From an uncultured Verrucomicrobiae bacterium (lineage in GTDB: Bacteria > Verrucomicrobiota > Verrucomicrobiia > Chthoniobacterales > UBA10450), in NCBI GenBank assembly GCA_963726745.1, contig CAVSDR010000003.1, forward strand, positions 1,024,001-1,088,000: DNA of 64,000 nt, written 5' to 3'. This document shows, one piece after another, positions 1-10,140 of the stretch. The translations under genes and the position numbers were made by a program. The notes under the pieces were generated by a model, which was given only the letters and a program-made list of their open reading frames with translations, had not been told where the DNA came from and did not search any database. The first letter of the stretch is position 1, and every line of letters starts with the position of its first letter.

Positions 1-854
1 GTTTTTTCCCGGGAATATTGCGCGCGCAAGCAGGCCTCGAGTTCCGGCCGGAGCGCTTCGAACTGCGCGGCGTCGCCGTTGAAATGTGCCAGCGCGCTGC
101 CTTGGAGGACGTGGATGCTCTCGATCGCCTCCTCGAGCGTCGCGCGCAGCTCGCGCGGTGGCGTTCCGCGCACGACCGCGGCCAGGAACGCGTGCCGCCC
201 AGGGGCCACCCAAACTTCCAGCTGGCCCACGCGAAACTCCTCCAGGGTGGATTCCTCGCCGAGGGCAAAGGAGTCCCGGGCAAAATCCTGGATGGCGCTG
301 AGCATGCCGGCGACCATGTCGGAGTCGCGGCCGAGCGCGGGATCGGCGGCCACATGGAGCAGCGCGAGACTGGTCGCGCGATGAATCAGGAAGACCTGCT
401 CGACGCGGTAGACCAGGCTGCGGAGCATGACCACCTCCGCGAAACTGCGGCCGGTGCGCAGCGCCTCGAAGCGCCACCGCAACCCGCGCCAGGAGAAGGT
501 GTGCTCGAGCGTTTGATTAAGCGATTGCAGGAGCCGCCGCATGCTTTCCGCGATCGAGCGGCGCACGATCGGCCCGATGATCGGATGGAGCGCTTCCACG
601 AAAGTGCCCGGGCGCTGCGCGATCGAGTCGCGCACGGAATTCTCCACCGCCGGGCGAAGCGCGCGCGACAGCTCCTCGCCGCGCTCGCGGCTCAGCTTGA
701 GCGCCTCTGGCAGGATCGCGGCGACGTCACGCGAGCGTCGCTCCTTGTCGGTCACCTGCGTGCGCAGCTCGCGCAATTGCTCGCGGTCGCGGCTGAGGAG
801 GAGGCGGCGCAGCTCCTCGAGCTCGTTGACCGGATCGACGCGAGGCCGGGGCAT
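1..854 (-). CDS. Partial CDS running off the window start; coiled-coil plus roadblock/longin-like segment, resembling the N-terminal half of a conserved OmpA-domain protein family
   Basis: My translation from ATG at 854: MPRPRVDPVNELEELRRLLLSRDREQLREL...SLNQTLEHTFSWRGLRWRFEALRTGRSFAEVVMLRSLVYRVEQVFLIHRATSLALLHV...DSDMVAGMLSAIQDFARDSF. Missing from the ORF track because there is no stop in the window; starts 9 bp after the upstream stop. Confidence 0.7.
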   Translation of the reverse strand, partial: MPRPRVDPVNELEELRRLLLSRDREQLRELRTQVTDKERRSRDVAAILPEALKLSRERGEELSRALRPAVENSVRDSIAQRPGTFVEALHPIIGPIVRRSIAESMRRLLQSLNQTLEHTFSWRGLRWRFEALRTGRSFAEVVMLRSLVYRVEQVFLIHRATSLALLHVAADPALGRDSDMVAGMLSAIQDFARDSFALGEESTLEEFRVGQLEVWVAPGRHAFLAAVVRGTPPRELRATLEEAIESIHVLQGSALAHFNGDAAQFEALRPELEACLRAQYSREK

Positions 855-863
855 GGGCGGCGC

Positions 864-1463
864 CTACACTCCGGGGACGCGGAACTCGTTTTTCAGGCGC
901 AAGGCGACCTCGCTCAGCATCTCGGCAAGCGCCTCGCGACCGGTCATGGCGGTGCGGATTTGCTCCGCTTCGCGCGCCAGGCCGGCCTGGAGATGCTCGT
1001 GCTTCTCGCGAATGTCGGTGCTGAGCGTGTTGGCTTGCTGCAATAATTGCTGCCGCAAATCCTGGAGCTCGCGGCCGGATTGCTCGCCCAGGCCATTGAG
1101 CTTCCCATCCAGGGCGCGCGCCGTCTCCGCCAAGTCGCGCGCTATTTTCTCGAAAGCCTGCACGCGCTCGCTCTGCTCCGCCGCCAGGCGGTGCCGCAAG
1201 GCTTCAAGCTCGCCTTTGAAAAAGCCCTCCAGCGCCTCGATCCGCTTTTGCGTATCCGCGCGTGCTTCGCCGGCTTCGCGGGCCAGGCGTTCGTCCAACC
1301 GCTGGAAGCGGCCGTCGTACTCGCGCATCTGCGAGCCGAAGAGAATGTCGCGAATACGGTCGACCTTGGCGTTTTCCTCGAGGCCGTCCGGGTCGCCGCC
1401 ATGGCGCTCGGTGGCGCTGGCGTTCTCCGGGATGGGGGTTTCCTGGATTTGCTGAGCATTCAT
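864..1463 (-). CDS. Coiled-coil hypothetical protein (199 aa)
   Basis: ATG at 1463 (MNAQQIQETP...); motif VDRIRDILFGSQMREYDGRFQRLDERL followed by heptad-rich helices; coupled to the downstream gene. Confidence 0.75.
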   Translation of the reverse strand: MNAQQIQETPIPENASATERHGGDPDGLEENAKVDRIRDILFGSQMREYDGRFQRLDERLAREAGEARADTQKRIEALEGFFKGELEALRHRLAAEQSERVQAFEKIARDLAETARALDGKLNGLGEQSGRELQDLRQQLLQQANTLSTDIREKHEHLQAGLAREAEQIRTAMTGREALAEMLSEVALRLKNEFRVPGV

Positions 1464-1676
1464 GGGGGCTGCCCTTTCGTGCGCCGCGTCCCGCAGACGC
1501 TGCGCGGTTCCGATGTTTCTTCCAGCGCGATTTGTAGCACCGCGGCCCGGGCAGCGGCAAGGCTGGTCTCGGCGAAAAGCAAAACCGATTGGGCTAGCTC
1601 CGGAGCCGAAGGCGTCGGCAATTTTTACATAATTGCGGCAATTGAGAAAAATGCGTCGCAAACAATCTTTCGTCGT

Positions 1677-1708
1677 AAATGCTATCTACACAGATGTAGT
1701 TTACATTT
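1677..1708. promoter_or_regulatory. Nested inverted repeat, candidate transcription-factor operator
   Basis: AAATG-N4-CTACA-N4-TGTAG-N4-CATTT in an AT-rich intergenic stretch upstream of the 1463 gene. Confidence 0.35.
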
Positions 1709-1877
1709 TAAACCGCTTTGATTGCCGCCCGGTGGTATATCCCCTGCTCTAAAGGCTTCGCCGTTCCCCCCAGAACCCGATTTACTTTGGCGTTTTAAGT
1801 CCTGCCTCGGGGCTCCGGACTTGGTGCGCCGAACGGCAAAGCGCGTATGCCTGGTAAGCCGCGCTCGGCTGCGTTCC

Positions 1878-1919
1878 CGTCGCAGGGGAGTGAAGGCCAA
1901 CGCCTCCTCCTCTGCGACG
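1878..1919. repeat. GC-rich hairpin downstream of tRNA-Thr
   Basis: CGTCGCAGGGGAG ... CTCCTCTGCGACG, 13-bp arms with one G-T pair; no clear U-tract. Confidence 0.4.
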
Positions 1920-1971
1920 TAGAACCCGGCCTGCCAGCCGATCTCCCAATGTGCTGGCTAATTTTTCGGGG

Positions 1972-2044
1972 AGCCGGCTGACGGGTTCGAACCGACGACC
2001 TGCTGATTACAAATCAGCTGCTCTACCAACTGAGCTAAGCCGGC
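1972..2044 (-). tRNA. tRNA-Thr(UGU)
   Basis: GCCGGCTTAGCTCAGTTGGTAGAGCAGCTGATTTGTAATCAGCAGGTCGTCGGTTCGAACCCGTCAGCCGGCT: cloverleaf, TGT anticodon, GTTCGAA T-loop. Followed by CCC, so CCA is not encoded. Confidence 0.97.
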
Positions 2045-2449
2045 ATTTTTCCTCGAAAAAGGAACGGGCTTCGCGACTTCGCCGCGCCCGAGGCTCTTTG
2101 TATACCCACGACGTTGCGCGCCGGCAACCGATTGCTTCGCGGCCGTGCGGTCACGGGAGAAATTTCGGAGCGCCGGCGCGCGCTCTTTCCTTACCGAGCA
2201 AAAGCTTCGGAGCCTTCCTGCGATAGAACCAGCGACTTGGGCGCGAGCCGCAGACGCGTAGTGCTCGGGCGATTCGCGAGACGGGAGCAGCGAGGTCCCA
2301 GCCTCCGCGGTGCTGTGCATTCATGCGGACGGTGGCAGTGCGGCAGGATTTGTTTCTGGGCCGCCGGCGCGCTTTGTTAAGTCGCGCAGGCGAAGAAAGC
2401 CTCGCCATTGCGTCGCAAAAGATCGGAAGTAGTAAGCACCACTGCATTC

Positions 2450-3697
2450 ATGCCCTCTTCTGCACCGGACCTGGACCTGATCGAAGCCAACCCGACGCCG
2501 CCCACCTCGCCGCCGCCGCGAGCAGGCTGGCTGCGCCGCATCCTTGGGATGCGATTCCTGGTGATCTCGATCGCGGTGCACGTACTCCTGGGCTTGTTCG
2601 CCGCCGTCTGGGTGGTGCAGAGCTACAGCGCGAATCGCAAGCTCACTTTCAAGGGCGGCCCGCCCTCGCCGAACAAGGCCACGCGCGCGATCGAGCACAA
2701 AGTGCAAATGGCGAAAAAGCAGAGCACCATGACCGCACCCGCGATGAAGCGAATCGTGAGCACGGGGATTTCGAAAGTGACGCTGCCGGAGATGCCGGCG
2801 ATGCCAAAATCTCCCACGACGCCGAACCAGATGGCGGGAGCAATGGGCGCACAAGTGGGCGCAGCCGGCGGACCGATGGGTGCGGCCGGGCCATCCGGCG
2901 GCGGCGGGCCGGTCTCGATGTTTGGCCTGCGCGATGCGGCCGGCGGGGTGAAGGGGGAATTTTACGATCTTAAGCAGAGCCCCAGCCGGAAAGAAACCGG
3001 GATGGACAAGGAGAAGTATGCGGAAGTCGTGACCGACTTTGTGAAGGGCGGTTGGAACACCTCTGTGCTCGCGCCTTATTACAAAGCCTCGAAGCCGCTC
3101 TACTCTTCGCAGTTCATGATCCCATCGATCAAGGCGGACGAAGGCCCGAAGGCCTTCCAGGTGGAGCGTGACGTGAAGCCGTCGCTCTGGCTCGCGCTCT
3201 ACCAGGGCGAGGTGACGCCCTCGGAGAGCGGCACGTTTTTCTTCGTCGGGGCGGGCGATGATGTCCTGTGCGTGCGCTTCAACGGCAACACGGTGTTAAG
3301 CGCGAACTTCAACATCCCGAACGACCCGCTCGCGCGCGCCACCGGCCGCTACGACTACAAGTGGCCGCCCCCGCCGTCGTGGTCGATCCCGGGTGGATTC
3401 TACAAGGGCCAGGCGATCACGGTGGAAGCGGGCAAAAGTTACCCGATCGAAATCCTGATCGGCGAGCAGCCCGGCGGCGATCTGCACGCCATTCTCCTGC
3501 TCGAGAAGCAAGGGCAAGAGTACAAGAAAGACAGCCACGGCAATCCCATCCTGCCAGTCTTCCGCATGGGCGCCGGCAAGCCGCCGGTCTTGAAGCAGGG
3601 CGAAACCCTCCCGCCGCACGACCCCGACGGCCCCATCTGGCGCGCCTCCTCCGAGACCAAGCCAAAGTCCGCGCTCGACGCGCTCAAGCGGCCATAG
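2450..3697 (+). CDS. Membrane-anchored PA14-like domain protein with Pro/Gly/Met-rich linker
   Basis: N-terminal TM helix FLVISIAVHVLLGLFAAVWVV; low-complexity linker; PA14-like segment YQGEVTPSESGTFFFVGAGDDVLCVRFNG...VEAGKSYPIEILIGEQPGG. Confidence 0.75.
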   Translation: MPSSAPDLDLIEANPTPPTSPPPRAGWLRRILGMRFLVISIAVHVLLGLFAAVWVVQSYSANRKLTFKGGPPSPNKATRAIEHKVQMAKKQSTMTAPAMKRIVSTGISKVTLPEMPAMPKSPTTPNQMAGAMGAQVGAAGGPMGAAGPSGGGGPVSMFGLRDAAGGVKGEFYDLKQSPSRKETGMDKEKYAEVVTDFVKGGWNTSVLAPYYKASKPLYSSQFMIPSIKADEGPKAFQVERDVKPSLWLALYQGEVTPSESGTFFFVGAGDDVLCVRFNGNTVLSANFNIPNDPLARATGRYDYKWPPPPSWSIPGGFYKGQAITVEAGKSYPIEILIGEQPGGDLHAILLLEKQGQEYKKDSHGNPILPVFRMGAGKPPVLKQGETLPPHDPDGPIWRASSETKPKSALDALKRP

Positions 3698-3856
3698 AGA
3701 GAGCGGTGGTTAGTGCTTAGCGGGCTGGACGGTTAGTGTCCGGGGAAGCGCTAAAGGCGCGATATGTCTATCGGATCGCCCACCCGTTCGCGAAGCCCTT
3801 TTCCCAGACCCCCTGGTCATCGCAAAGGAAGAGATAGCGCGGGCGCCCCGCCGTAA

Positions 3857-4939
3857 TTACTCCAAGAGGCGCGGGGCGGCCGTGGTCGCGCCGCGGAAGA
3901 ACTCGAATGGAAAGGAAATGGAGCGCACCGACTCCGACGGGTTCTGGATGCGATAGAGCAAGCGTTGCAACGCGGCCGCGCCCATCGAGTGATAAGAGGC
4001 GGTCACACTCGTGAGCGGTGTCTCGATCGCGGCCGTCACGCCGGTGCCGTGAAAGCCGGTTACGGAAACCTCTTCCGGCACGTGCAGGCCGCGGGAAGTC
4101 ATCCAGCGGACGAGCCGGTGCGCGACAAATTCGGTCGAGCACATCCAGGCGGTGACGCCTTCGTTGCGCGTCAATTCCTCCGCGCGTTCGAGGTGGGATT
4201 TTGTCGCTACGCGCGGATCGCTCAACGTGCTCGCCTCGACCTCCAGGGCCCACTCCGGGCGGTAGCGGATTCCCAGCCGCCGCAAGGCGGCGACATAGCC
4301 GCCGAAACGCGCGGTCGACCAATGCAGCTCGCCGCAATACCCGAGAAACCCGATCCGCCGGTGCCCGAGCTCATGCAAATGCGTGGCCAGCATTTGCACG
4401 CCCTCGTGGTTAGCCACCTCGATCAAGTCGAGGTCCACGCCCGGGTAACGATGCATGATCGAGACCGCGCGCAGCCGGGTGTGAATCGCGCGCACCACTT
4501 CCGCGGGCCAGCGGAAGACGAAGATCACGCCATCGAGCAGGCTGGATTGCATCGCCGGCGGGCGGGCATCCTCGTGCACGAGCTTCTCGCAATCGGCTGG
4601 GCTCACGAAATGCACCATCAGCGAGGCGTTCAAGCCCATGGCTGCCTGGCTCATGCCGACGAGGTATAAGGGTGGGGGAGCATGCCGATCGGGCGTCTGG
4701 ATGAGCACGCCCACGTGCCGGAGCGTTTGCTTTTGCAGGTGCTGTGAGCGGTAGCTTTTTGGCAGCCGATAGCCAAGCTGCGCGGCCATCGCAAAGACCC
4801 GGGCGCGCGTCTCGGGATTGATCCCGGGCACGCGCCGGAGCGCCCGCGAGACCGTGGGAATGGAAAGGTTCAGCCGCTCGGCGATCATTTGCATGTTCGC
4901 CGCGCCCCCGCGTTTCCCTTCGGCAGGGAAGGCCACCAT
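3857..4939 (-). CDS. LacI family transcriptional regulator
   Basis: HTH NMQMIAERLNLSIPTVSRALR...INPETRARV; sugar-binding domain with HLHELGHRRIGFLG, VPEEVSVTGF, PLTSV. Start uncertain (4939 or 4894). Confidence 0.9.
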   Translation of the reverse strand: MVAFPAEGKRGGAANMQMIAERLNLSIPTVSRALRRVPGINPETRARVFAMAAQLGYRLPKSYRSQHLQKQTLRHVGVLIQTPDRHAPPPLYLVGMSQAAMGLNASLMVHFVSPADCEKLVHEDARPPAMQSSLLDGVIFVFRWPAEVVRAIHTRLRAVSIMHRYPGVDLDLIEVANHEGVQMLATHLHELGHRRIGFLGYCGELHWSTARFGGYVAALRRLGIRYRPEWALEVEASTLSDPRVATKSHLERAEELTRNEGVTAWMCSTEFVAHRLVRWMTSRGLHVPEEVSVTGFHGTGVTAAIETPLTSVTASYHSMGAAALQRLLYRIQNPSESVRSISFPFEFFRGATTAAPRLLE

Positions 4940-5196
4940 CGAACTGGTGCTATCGGGCATTTTCAACCTTGTAACCACAATCGCACGGGAGACCCAGATG
5001 AAATTAGCGATCCCAATCGTGGGCGCAGAGCCACCCAGAGATTACCTATTCTCTGCAGGAGTCAGCGACCCGGAGAATCCCGCTTGGGCCGCTGGGAAAA
5101 GCTAATTTAGCCAGCAACTTCCGGCTTTGAAAAAACGGTGATTTCTTAGGCTCAGCACCGTGAGCGCTCGCGCGGAACGCAGTTCATCTTCGCGTT

Positions 5197-5962
5197 CTAC
5201 TGTACAACACCCGTCGAGAACGCGAGCCGGACTGGCCAAAGTGGAATGCGCTTGTTGCTGGTAAAGCCGATGTCCAGCGTGTTGTTCAATTCGAATTCGT
5301 AGGTGCTCGAGGGCTTGAACTCGTAGGCCAGGGTGAAACTCTTGCCGTCGGGCGAATATTGGAAGGCCGCTTTGGAGAGATCGACTTCCTTCTTGTTCTC
5401 CTGCATGTGCAGACCGTGTTTCGTCGTCTGCATCGGCTTGTCGAAAGTGATCGTGACTGATTTCAACTTCGCCGGGTCGAGATCCTTGGCGCCGTTTCCC
5501 GGGATGGTCGAGAGCGCACGAGGCGGGGCATCCTCCGGCGCAGGATTTCCCGCGGTTTGAAAAACGAGGAAGTAGGGCGGCGCGGATTTGCCTCGCTGAT
5601 TTTGAAAGCCAACTCCGGGGATTTTTTTCTCGTTCAGCGCGAAGACGTAGACCTTGCCCGGCTGAAAACTCACGTTCAGCGAAAAGGTCTTTCGATCGGG
5701 ACTGATCTTGGAATCGAGATCCAGCTGCGGCACGACACTGCTGCGGCCCATCCAAGCGGTAAAGGCAGGACTCATTACCTGGTCGAAGGTGACCGAGAGT
5801 TCTTTCTGCCCCGAGTTAACGCCGACTTGCCACGCTTTGGGCGAGGTTTCGATGACTTTCGGGACGGCATCCGCGGGAGCGGGAGTGGGTTGCTGTGCGC
5901 CAACCGACCCGAGCCGATAAAATTAAAGGAATAGCGAATGCAATTAGGGCAGCAGGTTTCAT
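5197..5962 (-). CDS. Secreted protein with two Ig-like (Big_5/SbsA-like) domains; frameshift in the signal-peptide region
   Basis: ATG 5962 MKPAALIAFAIPLILS; after a 1-nt shift the frame reads VPKVIETSP...LSVTFDQVM and PRALSTIPGNGAKDLDP...VTITFDKPM, each followed by SPDxKxFxL. Confidence 0.75.
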
Positions 5963-5965
5963 TGT

Positions 5966-8900
5966 TTATTCGGTTATCGGACGCTGTGCAATGACTGTGT
6001 AGCGACTGTCAGAAGTCTTCTTCGCGTCGGGATTGCTGCCTTGGGGCGCGAAGATTGGCTGGCGTTCTACAAAGGCTTCGCCGAGATACTCAGCCACGAT
6101 CTCGGAATCCTTCTCAACCGCCCCAAGTTGACCGCTGGCGTCTTTCTGATCCTTGATAGCTTGTCCTACGTACAGGACGCGAAAGACGTTGCCACGTGTC
6201 GTAGTTGAACTGCTGACTTCGCGAAATGCCTGCTCTGCCTGGATGTCTGTACGGTAGTATTTCGTGTCCGTGATGGCTGAAGGATCACTTCGCAGTATAC
6301 TGTAGATTACGCGAGATTGGGCGGAGTTGGCTGCCACATTCGAGGCCTCACTGCCTGAGATTAATCGACTTAGAGTGGAAGCGAGTTCGGCAGGCTGGAA
6401 ATAAGGCCGCGCGGGGTGCTTGTCTGGAGTTGCGATTTCTTTGTTAGCACCTTCTAGAGGTATCCGCTTGTTGGATACGCTCGCGAACCGATATTTCCGT
6501 GGGGATGAGCCAGTGGAGCCAGCGCTTGGAGGCGACTCCGTGTTGACTTCCAGCAGCAGATTTACTCCGGTGCTAAGCCGATCTGCATTGAGGTCTGGCA
6601 GCGCCGTCCCTACCGGTAACCCGAGGAACAAGCTCCGCAACAAATGCACCGGGGAGGGCGGAGTGGCGGTGGTATCCGACATCTGTTGCTGTGAGTTGAT
6701 GTTGATCGCGCCGCGTCGCGTTGTCGGCCCACCCGCGCGGAACAGATCGAGCAGCACGTAATCGACTGCCTGTCTGCGATATGTGGGAATGTCGTCCTTC
6801 GGGCCGGTCTGAGCGGTATTGGAAGGCCGCTCAGGTTGCTGCAAATATACTGTTCGCCAAGGGTATTGTGCCGCAGAAACGTTTCCAAGCTCGCCAATGT
6901 TCAGAAGTGGTTGATTACGGATGAAAGCAAAAGGCCGGTCCGCGGTTTGATCGAACCAATCGAACGCATACGATTTGAGATTTGTTTCCGATTTGTCTTC
7001 ACCGAAGGCAACGCGTGCGGGATCCGTGCGAGTAATGTTTCTCCATCGTTCATTCACCAAGCGAGCTCGAAAGCGGGGATCTCCGTGGTCTAACTCGGTA
7101 TTCCCGCTGAGCCCATAGGTAAGACTTATCGCAGCCGTCGATTTGTTATCTTTGAGGAAATCCCCGGTTGAGGGTGAAGCGTTGTTGTATCCCGTTAATT
7201 TCGGGTTAATACCTATTGCTGTAACGTCGATTTTATCACCAGCAGGGCTGTAGACGGTAATTTCCACTTTACCATCTTCCAGGCGCGGGCGCTCATCATT
7301 CGTTGGCTTGATCGTATAAGTGACGTTCTTCGTCACGACGTCGTTCGTCGTTTCAAAAGTGCGCGCGCCAGAGTTTGTCGTTCCATCTACCCCCGGTTGG
7401 ATCTGAACTCCTGATCCTTTCACTGCCTTAAGATCAGTCGCTTGGATAACGAAGGTCTGAGTCTCCACGTCAAAAAATGGGGCGTTGTTTTTGTCGAGCA
7501 CAGGAACGCCCTTTATCTCAACCCGCCCGATTTTTTCCGTTAGGTTCAACGGAATCTCGAACATGTTGAGAAATCGCAACCGCACTTTTAGAGCGACATT
7601 TGCAGTCCCCGTAGGCGGGACAGCCGTAGCGCTGGTGGCAGTGTAGATGAACTCCACTCCAGTTATATACGGCAGCTTCTCGATCCCTATTATCGGGACA
7701 GGATCGGCGAATCCTGGGATGACGTAATCGTCTAAAACCGTGGGGGTATCGTCGGTGTCGATGTAGTCGATCAAGTTAGCCGCAAATTGCAGTCGCAAGC
7801 GTTCGTCGCCCCAGACTTGCGAATAGGCGAGGTTGCCGATTGGAGTTGGGCCGGTCCACGCGTCACGAATCCAGTCCGAGATCCGCTTAGCCAGAGATTT
7901 TTTTGCGTCATTACTGGCACCTGCGTCGGCTACGAGTTTGTTGATATCGAGTTTCTCCCAACCCCTCGCGGTCGTGTCGTCGTCTTTTGAGACAATGGTC
8001 AAAATGTGGGCGTACTCCGGGAATGTAGTCTTCCACTGGTCCAGCAGAGCCATGGTGGACTTGGACGGGATAACAGTGCGGGGGGCCGGAATGTAAGCAT
8101 TGAGCGCAGCAGCACGATTCGGCGATGGCAAAGCGGCCGCTGGATTGACCTCTTGAATTTGCGAGGTCAAAGCGGGAGAGGGCGTCGGAGTCGGTGGGAC
8201 CGCCGGAACGTCGTTGATTCGTAGGTTCTTGTCCGCCGTCGTCGATGAAGTGTTGCCGCTGACGTCCACGTTGATCTTCATGCTCTCATCTTCAACGAAA
8301 TAGGCATACCGGCCGATAAGTTCACCAGCCGAATTCCGAACACGCACCCATTGGCCGTATGCCGGTGGCGGCGAGGGTGCTGGAAGACGGACGCGGGCGG
8401 CGTTCAACGAGCCGGCCGTCCACGTCTCCGACGCGGATGACTTGATTGAAGTCGTAGCTGTTTACCGCCGTAAACGGTTAGCGGCGCGGAAAACCTGTGC
8501 TCTTCAATTGCGGGGGTCAAAGGGGAGATCTGAACGTGGGAACGACCTGGGCCGGGATGGTTTACTTGCGGCGCCTGGATCAGGTCCCGGCGAAGTCGAT
8601 GCTCAGGGCGCGTGAGACGCAGGGCGTCACCACGGGCATTGTCCAGCTTCAGATAATCGTCTACGGTGGATCGCCGGTAGATTAAGCCGAATCGGAATAG
8701 GAGAGGCCGGCGGGCTAGGCGACACGGTCGGTGCGGGCATCGCGGTGATGTAGTTGCCCGTTTTGGTGTGCTGGTAGAGGAGATTAGTCGCCGCGCTCAG
8801 GCCCGCGTCGGCCACGATTTTGGCGCGCAGGCGATTGGCGTAAAGAGAGGAGGTCGAGCGATCGGTGCGGCTGTTCAGGAGATAAGCCACGACCACGGTG

Positions 8901-8971
8901 ACGACCAGGGCCATCATCACAAGGGTGGCAATCAAGGCGAAGCCGGAAGCGGGACGGAGGTTAATTTTCAT
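5966..8971 (-). CDS. Large PilX/GspK-like pseudopilin (Verru_Chthon cassette protein A-like); frameshifted around 8400-8690
   Basis: N-terminus SGFALIATLVMMALVVTVVVAYL (class III-like leader without E5); GRYAYFVEDESMKINVD, ANLIDYIDTD and GAININS motifs; split into ORFs 8627-8971 and 5966-8407. Confidence 0.8.
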
Positions 8972-8974
8972 CGC

Positions 8975-9721
8975 TCAACGCAGCGGCAGTTTGAAATCGC
9001 CGAAGAACTCGCGCGCGCTACGTTTCATGGTGTCGTTGTAGGTCGCGCTGCCGACGGGCACGCCGGCGAGGCGAACGAGGGTTTTGTCGTCGACTACTTT
9101 TATCCGCAGGACAATGCGGCGCGGGGTTTTCCCTTCAGTCACGGTATTGCCCGCAGCGCGCGAGCTCCAACTGTCACCCGGGAGGGCGACGTTGTTGTCC
9201 ATGTCCTGTTGCGAGTAGGAGCGGATTTCGAATTCCATCACGCCGTCGGCCACCACGCGCCATTTGAAGTTCGCGCTCGCACTGGTAGGCGCCACTTTGA
9301 AACGGCTGCCCTGCCCGATCGCCCAGGCGGCCGCGCTATCCATGAAAGCGCGCTCAAGCCGGTGCGCGCTCGTGTCCAGACGGTAGGCAATGACGCAGAG
9401 ATCGCCGGTGCCGGAATTCGGATACGGCGAGACGAAGAAAATGTTCTCGGAAGTCTTCGCGACCGGCGGGGTGGTCCCCTGAAGCTCGGTCGCGTTCTCG
9501 ACGAATTCCATGCCGTCTTTGGCCGCGAGCGCGGCACCGATTTCATCCTGAATGCGACCGATAACCCGGCGCGCACTCGAGTAGGTGTCGAGGCGATTCC
9601 GCGCCTGTTGCCAGGCCACCATGGTGGCGGAAACGACGTTGGCCAGGAGGACGACGAGAATGGAAGTGATCGCGAGAGAGATCAGCAGCTCGACGAGCGT
9701 AAATCCGCGGTCGCGCTTCAT
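8975..9721 (-). CDS. Prepilin-type N-terminal cleavage/methylation protein (PilW/PulJ-like; cassette protein C-like)
   Basis: RG|FTLVELLISLAITSILVVLL prepilin motif. Confidence 0.88.
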   Translation of the reverse strand: MKRDRGFTLVELLISLAITSILVVLLANVVSATMVAWQQARNRLDTYSSARRVIGRIQDEIGAALAAKDGMEFVENATELQGTTPPVAKTSENIFFVSPYPNSGTGDLCVIAYRLDTSAHRLERAFMDSAAAWAIGQGSRFKVAPTSASANFKWRVVADGVMEFEIRSYSQQDMDNNVALPGDSWSSRAAGNTVTEGKTPRRIVLRIKVVDDKTLVRLAGVPVGSATYNDTMKRSAREFFGDFKLPLR

Positions 9722-10140
9722 GGCTTGGGGGTATTCATCAAAGTGGTGAAGCGGTAAACACTCTGACTCGCCGCGGGCGCGTTTGCCGGGTAGCGCACTT
9801 CCGCGTTGAAGACCGAGTCCGCGGGCACCGGCGGACTAAGCGGCACGATGCTAATGCCGAATTGGTAGACGGCCGCGGAAGTCTTGTTCGTCCCGAGGTC
9901 GCCCAGATTGGCGTCGAAGTAGCGGGCATTATAGGAGGCGGGAAAATTGACCGCGCTGAGCGCACGGAGGCGGTCGAATTCATTGGCCGCCAGTTGCGCC
10001 GCGAAGGTCTCTTCGCGCGAGCGGCGGTTGGTGTCGTTCGCCACGGAGAGGAGACCGACGGTCGCGAGCACGGAGAAACTCACGATCCCCATCGCGAGGA
10101 CCACTTCGACCAGGGAGAAGGCGCGCGCTCGGGACCTCAT
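9718..10140 (-). CDS. Minor pseudopilin (PilV/PulI-like; cassette protein B-like)
   Basis: RA|FSLVEVVLAMGIVSFSVLATVGLL; later YFDANL motif; ATGA overlaps on both sides. Confidence 0.88.
   Translation of the reverse strand: MRSRARAFSLVEVVLAMGIVSFSVLATVGLLSVANDTNRRSREETFAAQLAANEFDRLRALSAVNFPASYNARYFDANLGDLGTNKTSAAVYQFGISIVPLSPPVPADSVFNAEVRYPANAPAASQSVYRFTTLMNTPKP

Noticed and set aside
18..1721. Long plus-strand ORFs 18-1046, 541-1455 and 1047-1721
   Set aside because: Antisense shadows of the two minus-strand genes; typical of high-GC DNA and without recognisable motifs.
1878..2044. tRNA-Thr as an integration site for a genomic island
   Set aside because: No integrase and no duplicated tRNA 3' end seen in the window; the atypical region (5-8 kb) lies on the tRNA 5' side.
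4969..4980. TTGTAACCACAA as a LacI operator
   Set aside because: Only 4-bp arms and lacks the central CG typical of LacI-family operators; too weak.
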